Source: a virus (taxonomy: Duplodnaviria; Caudoviricetes). Taken from it: a stretch of DNA of 38,469 nucleotides. The DNA is taken from IMG/VR virus record IMGVR_UViG_3300031184_000005, positions 1 through 38,469 of that record; one strand, given 5' to 3'. The position numbers and the translations under genes were made by a program. The notes below the pieces were generated by a model that did not search any database, was not told the DNA's origin, and worked only from the letters and a program-made list of their open reading frames with translations. Shown piece by piece: positions 34,143 through 38,469 of the stretch; position 1 is the stretch's first letter; the number at the start of each line of letters is the position of its first letter.

Positions 34143-34326
34143 CGGTGGTCCCGTCGTTCTCGTCGAGTGCCTGCTTTAGGCGCTTGATGGCGGCCCACAG
34201 CGGGTTCGACTTGGCCCGGCCCTCGGCGTCCCAACGGAGTGACTCAAGGGCGGCCTCGGCCTGGTTGCGGGACATGTAGACCGACACGTACGGCGACGGC
34301 TTCGGGGTCGGCTCAGGGCTGGCCAT
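34135..34326 (-). CDS. Hypothetical protein
   Basis: 63 aa; overlaps neighbours. Confidence 0.55.
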   Translation of the reverse strand: MASPEPTPKPSPYVSVYMSRNQAEAALESLRWDAEGRAKSNPLWAAIKRLKQALDENDGTTDA

Positions 34327-34690
34327 CGTCGGCCACCTGGTCGGCCGATATCAGCGCCGCTTGTAGTGCCTCACGGACGTCGTCGCCGTACTCGGCGTCC
34401 TCCGCCCACGGCTCGCCCTTCTCGTTGGCCCACGGCGAGTGGGCGTACATGAGGGCGCACTCGATGAGGTAGCGCACGAGGTTGGCGGCGTCGTAGCGGT
34501 CATCGCCGGGGATCTCGCCTGGAGGCAGCCCTAGCCCTTCGGCCAGCATGTCCCTAGCCCGCACGTACAGGTCCAGCTTGTTGCCAAGGCCGAACTTGCC
34601 GAGGTCATCTGGTCCGGCCTTCCACTCGTCGCCGTTGTCGAGCCGCACCCAGAGCTGGCCCTTCACTGGGCGGTCGAAGCTGGCGGTCAT
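34313..34690 (-). CDS. Hypothetical protein
   Basis: MTASFDRPVKGQLWVRL...; start may instead be GTG 34705. Confidence 0.6.
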   Translation of the reverse strand: MTASFDRPVKGQLWVRLDNGDEWKAGPDDLGKFGLGNKLDLYVRARDMLAEGLGLPPGEIPGDDRYDAANLVRYLIECALMYAHSPWANEKGEPWAEDAEYGDDVREALQAALISADQVADDGQP

Positions 34691-34697
34691 GTCGTTC

Positions 34698-35000
34698 TTA
34701 GCCACGGTCCTCGTCCTCGCTCGGCTGGTCGGTGGCCCGGACGACACGCACACGGGTACCGGGCGGGACGGGGATGCTGCTTCGGTCCTCGATGCGCCAG
34801 CCCAGCGGGGTGTCGTGCTGGAACATCGCCTCCGTCTCGCCCCCCCACAGCACCTCGTCGGTGGTCTGGGTGCCCAGGGCCTCACGCAGGGCCGTCTCAG
34901 CCTCCTGCACCCGCTGGAAGCCGGGGTTGCTCCACCGCCTGGGGGAGTCCCAGGCGGTGAGGAGTGCTTGCGCGGCGGCGGTGACCGTGGGGTCGGTCAT
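34698..35000 (-). CDS. Hypothetical protein
   Basis: GGAG RBS, ATGA overlap. Confidence 0.6.
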   Translation of the reverse strand: MTDPTVTAAAQALLTAWDSPRRWSNPGFQRVQEAETALREALGTQTTDEVLWGGETEAMFQHDTPLGWRIEDRSSIPVPPGTRVRVVRATDQPSEDEDRG

Positions 35001-35179
35001 GAGTGCTCCGGGCAGAGGTCGACCATGCGCCCGTGGATGCGGCGTCGGGTCCAGTCGTGCTGCCGGGCGTGGGCCCTGGCGTCGATCTGGGCGTTGGTGA
35101 CGTTGTGGACGATGTCCCAGACGATCGAGCCTTGGCACTCTTGGGCGTCGCACCAGAGGGCGACTTCGTAGGCGATCAC
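34997..35179 (-). CDS. Small Zn-binding protein
   Basis: WCDAQEC...W...DLCPEH motif. Confidence 0.65.
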   Translation of the reverse strand: MIAYEVALWCDAQECQGSIVWDIVHNVTNAQIDARAHARQHDWTRRRIHGRMVDLCPEHS

Positions 35180-35529
35180 GCCGGCCCCAGGGCGACAGCG
35201 ACCGACGAGAGGACGAGGTCGCGCCCGTCGAGCCCGAGACGGGGCTGACGGAACACCGCCGGCGCCGGCGGGTCGGGGAACGTGGGCCCGGGCCAGGCGG
35301 GGCCGGTCGAGCGGGTCGTGGGCCATTGGCGCCGGCGGGCCCGGTAGGTCCAGGTCACGGTGTCGTCGGCCTGGTCGAGCCACGCGGGCCTGTCGAGCGG
35401 GGGGACGTCGATGGTGGGCGGGCGGACGACGATGCGGGGTGTGGGGCGGGTGGGCCGGTCGTAGGCGAGGGCGACGCAGAGGGCGACCCCGACGAGGCAG
35501 ATGACGTCGTAGGCGAGCAGGGGGTTCAC
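35176..35529 (-). CDS. Membrane-anchored hypothetical protein
   Basis: GGAGG RBS, N-terminal hydrophobic segment. Confidence 0.55.
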   Translation of the reverse strand: MNPLLAYDVICLVGVALCVALAYDRPTRPTPRIVVRPPTIDVPPLDRPAWLDQADDTVTWTYRARRRQWPTTRSTGPAWPGPTFPDPPAPAVFRQPRLGLDGRDLVLSSVAVALGPA

Positions 35530-35705
35530 GGGGTGGCCTCCTGGAACTCGGTGCAGGCGCACCCGTCCTCGGCCTGTGGGCCGGTGATCTCGCAGACGCC
35601 CCACCGGTCGTCGGGCGGGATGCCTGTGGTCTGCTTGGGCCTGCGGTGCCAGACCTGTGGGTGGCCGCAGCGGCACACGGGCCAGCCGGCGGAGACCGTG
35701 GCCAT
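35526..35705 (-). CDS. Small Cys-rich protein
   Basis: CRCGH...H...C...CACTEF motif. Confidence 0.6.
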   Translation of the reverse strand: MATVSAGWPVCRCGHPQVWHRRPKQTTGIPPDDRWGVCEITGPQAEDGCACTEFQEATP

Positions 35706-36520
35706 CACGCACCGCTTTCGTGTTCGGCGGCCATCGCCGCGGCGTAGTGGTCGTCGCAGAGGAACGTGACGAGGCGGAGGACGCCACCGACGTGGACTAT
35801 CCACGGACGGTCGGCCAGGGGCAGGTCCTCGCTAGCGAACGTCTCGGCGTTGGTGGCTTCCGGCCCGGCAACCCATGACCCTGCGGGGTTGCCGCACTCG
35901 GCGCACGACTGGCCGATGTGCTCATCGCCATGCAGCTCAGCGAGGATGCGGCGCATCCGGTCGTGGAAGGACTCGGGCGGCGCCACCATCGGCAGGCACC
36001 GGCCGGGGTCGACCTGGGCGTCGACCACCCGGTCGCTGAGGTCCACCCACTCCAGGTGGCCGGCGGGCTCGACGGTGATCCCGGAGTCGTAGGTCACGAC
36101 TCTGTCGCTCTGTCCCTCGGGGTCGTGGTCGACCAGGCGGACGGGGGGCCGCTCGAAGCTGACGTCGTCGGGGCCGAGCCAGCCGGTCGCGCCCTCACGG
36201 ACACGGAGCCGACCGGCGGTGGTGATGTCGCCCGACCCGACCATGCGCACACCAGCGGGCGGGGAGGCGGGGCCGACCAGGTCGAGGTCGGTGCGTTGGG
36301 CGGACAGGTCGTAGGCGTCGAGGCGGGCGTCCCGGGTCGCGAGCTCGGCCCGGAGGTTGCGGGTCGCGGCCCACACGCACAGGCCCGTGGTTGCCGTCCA
36401 CAGGGCGGCGAGAGCGAACAGGGCGGGGGAGACGGCCCAGAGCGCCCAGAGGCCGCCTGCGGCGGCCACAGCGGCCGTACAGGCGACGGCGGCCATGCCC
36501 GCGGTCCAGTCACGCTTCAC
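35705..36520 (-). CDS. Membrane protein with C-terminal Zn motif
   Basis: GAGGAG RBS; two TMs; CAECG...LCDDH. Confidence 0.6.
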   Translation of the reverse strand: MKRDWTAGMAAVACTAAVAAAGGLWALWAVSPALFALAALWTATTGLCVWAATRNLRAELATRDARLDAYDLSAQRTDLDLVGPASPPAGVRMVGSGDITTAGRLRVREGATGWLGPDDVSFERPPVRLVDHDPEGQSDRVVTYDSGITVEPAGHLEWVDLSDRVVDAQVDPGRCLPMVAPPESFHDRMRRILAELHGDEHIGQSCAECGNPAGSWVAGPEATNAETFASEDLPLADRPWIVHVGGVLRLVTFLCDDHYAAAMAAEHESGA

Positions 36521-36848
36521 GGTCGGTCTCCTCGTTGAGGTCGACGGGGTCGGCCTGTCCCGGCGGGATGACTTGCAGGGGGGTGTCGGCGGGGAGGCCG
36601 AACCGGCGGCGGTAGTTCTCGGCGGCGGCGTCGAGGCGGGCACGGGACTCGACGGTCAGCCCGTCGGACTCGGCGGGCCACTGCTCGACGCGGCGGACCT
36701 GACCCGGGAGCACGTACAGCTGACGGCGTTCGCCGTCGCGCTCGTGCTCGATGCGAGGGGCGTGGCGGACGAGCGACACGACGACGGCGAAGGACCCGAC
36801 GCACGTCGACCCGACGCCGACTGCGAGGCCGATCAGGAACGGGATCAT
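36510..36848 (-). CDS. Membrane-anchored hypothetical protein
   Basis: N-terminal TM; GAGGA RBS. Confidence 0.6.
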   Translation of the reverse strand: MIPFLIGLAVGVGSTCVGSFAVVVSLVRHAPRIEHERDGERRQLYVLPGQVRRVEQWPAESDGLTVESRARLDAAAENYRRRFGLPADTPLQVIPPGQADPVDLNEETDREA

Positions 36849-37063
36849 CGGGCGGTGTCCTCGAGCGTGTGGTCCACGGCGCCGAGCGGCTGGCCGTAGA
36901 TGAGCCTGTGCAGGACCCGCTCGATCAGGTCGTCAGCGATGGACTCGGCCCGCATCGACGTCTCGACGGAGCGCAGGAGCGAGCCCAACTGCTGCTCGTC
37001 GAGGACGCGGCTGGCGGGGCGGCCGGGGGCGAGCAGGAGGCGGCCCGTGAGACGGTCGGTCAT
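36845..37063 (-). CDS. Hypothetical protein
   Basis: GAGGAG RBS, ATGA overlap. Confidence 0.6.
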   Translation of the reverse strand: MTDRLTGRLLLAPGRPASRVLDEQQLGSLLRSVETSMRAESIADDLIERVLHRLIYGQPLGAVDHTLEDTAR

Positions 37064-37275
37064 CGGCTGGTCTCCTCGAGCGTGATGCTGGCGGTGGCGG
37101 CGTTGCCGGGCCGGCGGGGGTGGTGGACGGGCGGGCACTGGTAGCACCCGACTTTGGCGCACAGGTCGTGGGAGCCGACCAGGCAGGCGTCGCACGGGCC
37201 GAGCCTGCCGCGGGTGACGGGGGTGGGGGTGGGGGGCTTGACCCAGGTGATGGCCTTGCGGCGACGGTCGCTCAC
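37060..37275 (-). CDS. Small Cys/His-rich protein
   Basis: CDAC...H..C...CYQC...HH. Confidence 0.55.
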   Translation of the reverse strand: MSDRRRKAITWVKPPTPTPVTRGRLGPCDACLVGSHDLCAKVGCYQCPPVHHPRRPGNAATASITLEETSR

Positions 37276-37529
37276 CGGCCGTCCCTGTAGCACGGGCAGG
37301 GGCCGGCGAAGGCCTCGCACTGCCAGATGCCGGTGTCGAGGTCGTAGCCGAGCTCGGGCGGGGACTCGCCGCACATGGCCAGCGCCACGATCGTGCAGCC
37401 GCCCTCGTTGCCGCCGTCGGGCTGGTGCTCACCGAGGTCGTGGTCGACGGTGCACCGGTTGCAGAGCTGGCGCATCATCATCTCGCCCATGGTCCCGTTG
37501 GAGGGGCGGGTGCCCCACTCGGTGGCCAT
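37272..37529 (-). CDS. Cys-rich phage hypothetical protein
   Basis: PSNGT.G...CNRC...C...C.AF motif. Confidence 0.65.
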   Translation of the reverse strand: MATEWGTRPSNGTMGEMMMRQLCNRCTVDHDLGEHQPDGGNEGGCTIVALAMCGESPPELGYDLDTGIWQCEAFAGPCPCYRDGR

Positions 37530-38287
37530 CACCGGGCCGCCTGTCCGAACGCGTTGAACGCTTGGGCGGTGGTCGGGTCGAGCTGCCCGACGACCTCGCG
37601 GTAGCCCTGGCTGTCGGTCGGGCGGCGCTTCTGGCCGGGCTTGAGGGGCCGGCCGCAGCCGTTGCAGGTCTGCCCGTCGGGCGAGTGGGGGGCGGCCGTG
37701 CCGTGGGGGCAGAACACCACGTCGGCCTGCGGCTCGTCGAGCATCCTGACGGTGGCCCGCTCGGCCACGCCGGCGGGGTTCTGCGACGTCGACGGGACCG
37801 TCTTGAACACGATGCTGTCGTCGGTGGGGGGGCGGGCTTCGCTGGGGTCGAGGGCGTTGCGCGGCCGGATCTCGTCGGCGGTGGCGAGCCACCGGTCGAC
37901 CTCGGCCTGCTCGTCGGGCGTCGGGGCCGGGAACGTCTCGGGGTAGCAGCACACGTTGCGCTCACCGGCCGGGCAGCACGCCGACTCGGCCTCGTTCAAC
38001 TCGGCGATGGCCGCGGCGTCGTTCGCGGCGGCGATCAGGTCGCCGAGGATGCGGGCCACGGCGGCGACGGTGGCGTCGGAGCCGGGGACGTGGACGATCC
38101 GGACCTTGCCGATGGTGGTGCGGCCCAGCAGCTCGGCCTGGGTGGCCAGCGTGGCGACCATCGACCAGCCCGCGGGGGGGAGGACGGCGACGTTGGCGAC
38201 GGCGGCGCCGTGGTCGAACAGGACCTGGGCGAGGGCGAAGGCCTTCGCGTTGCGGGCCCGGGCTTCGTGGGTGGTGGCGGTCTCCAT
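37529..38287 (-). CDS. Hypothetical protein, first gene of the leftward operon
   Basis: Start METATTH lies 7 nt after a TATCTT -10 box; 252 aa. Confidence 0.7.
   Translation of the reverse strand: METATTHEARARNAKAFALAQVLFDHGAAVANVAVLPPAGWSMVATLATQAELLGRTTIGKVRIVHVPGSDATVAAVARILGDLIAAANDAAAIAELNEAESACCPAGERNVCCYPETFPAPTPDEQAEVDRWLATADEIRPRNALDPSEARPPTDDSIVFKTVPSTSQNPAGVAERATVRMLDEPQADVVFCPHGTAAPHSPDGQTCNGCGRPLKPGQKRRPTDSQGYREVVGQLDPTTAQAFNAFGQAAR
37784..37812. repeat. 29-bp exact dispersed direct repeat (other copy at 20676-20704)
   Basis: cgacgtcgacgggaccgtcttgaacacga at both loci. Confidence 0.9.
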
Positions 38288-38360
38288 GTGGACCAAGATA
38301 CTCCTTGTAAGGCCCGAGCGCAAGGTGTAAGTTACGGATATGGAGATCGCCACCACCCAC
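38267..38360. promoter_or_regulatory. Divergent promoter pair flanked by a 21-bp inverted repeat
   Basis: Plus: TTGTAA-17-TAAGTT-6-ATG(38340). Minus: TTGCGC-17-TATCTT-7-ATG(38287). IR arms 38267-38287 and 38340-38360 match at 20/21. Confidence 0.8.
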
Positions 38361-38469
38361 CCCGCCGAGACCTGCCCCTACCCCGCGGGCTGCACCGGGT
38401 GCGCCCCCGGGCGACGCCCCGCCATCGGCACCCACGTCCGCGTCGACTTACCCGAGACGCCCGCCAGCC
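38340..38469. repeat. Terminal direct repeat, right copy
   Basis: Matches 1-130 with one mismatch, implying a unit genome of 38339 bp. Confidence 0.95.

Noticed and set aside
38288-38356. Upstream start for the 37529 ORF given in the ORF track (38356)
   Set aside because: The extension runs through the AT-rich promoter region. ATG 38287 has a properly spaced -10/-35.
38267-38360. Hairpin telomere (protelomerase target) interpretation of the inverted repeat
   Set aside because: The arms are separated by a 52-bp non-palindromic spacer and no protelomerase is encoded.
1-38469. CRISPR array, tRNA, DGR or retron
   Set aside because: No regularly spaced repeats, cloverleaf or reverse transcriptase seen. 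The 29-bp repeat lacks adenine-specific variation.

Overview
The window looks like a complete, circularly assembled ~38.3 kb high-GC actinobacterial siphovirus genome: bases 1-130 recur at 38340-38469 with one mismatch. A long minus-strand block runs terS-terL-portal-ClpP protease-HK97 capsid-head accessory proteins-neck-two tail-tube paralogs-frameshifted tail chaperone-tape measure-tail tip-amidase endolysin-holin-like genes. A second minus-strand block encodes a RecE-like exonuclease, a putative annealing protein, an XRE regulator, an HTH replication initiator with internal repeats, an HNH nuclease and an Excalibur lipoprotein. Two short plus-strand accessory operons start from two divergent, apparently leaderless promoter pairs. 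I recognised no integrase, partition genes, polymerase, tRNA or CRISPR array. The most unusual signals are: (1) a 21-bp inverted repeat that makes two divergent genes start identically around a 52-bp dual promoter; (2) a 29-bp exact in-frame copy of tail-tube sequence inside an early gene; (3) three head-region proteins sharing an N-terminal tag, one fused to an Lsr2 domain lacking its AT-hook; (4) a Ku-like C-terminal motif in an early protein; (5) an in-frame UGA in a head-region ORF. All family calls come from motif recognition by eye, not from database searches.
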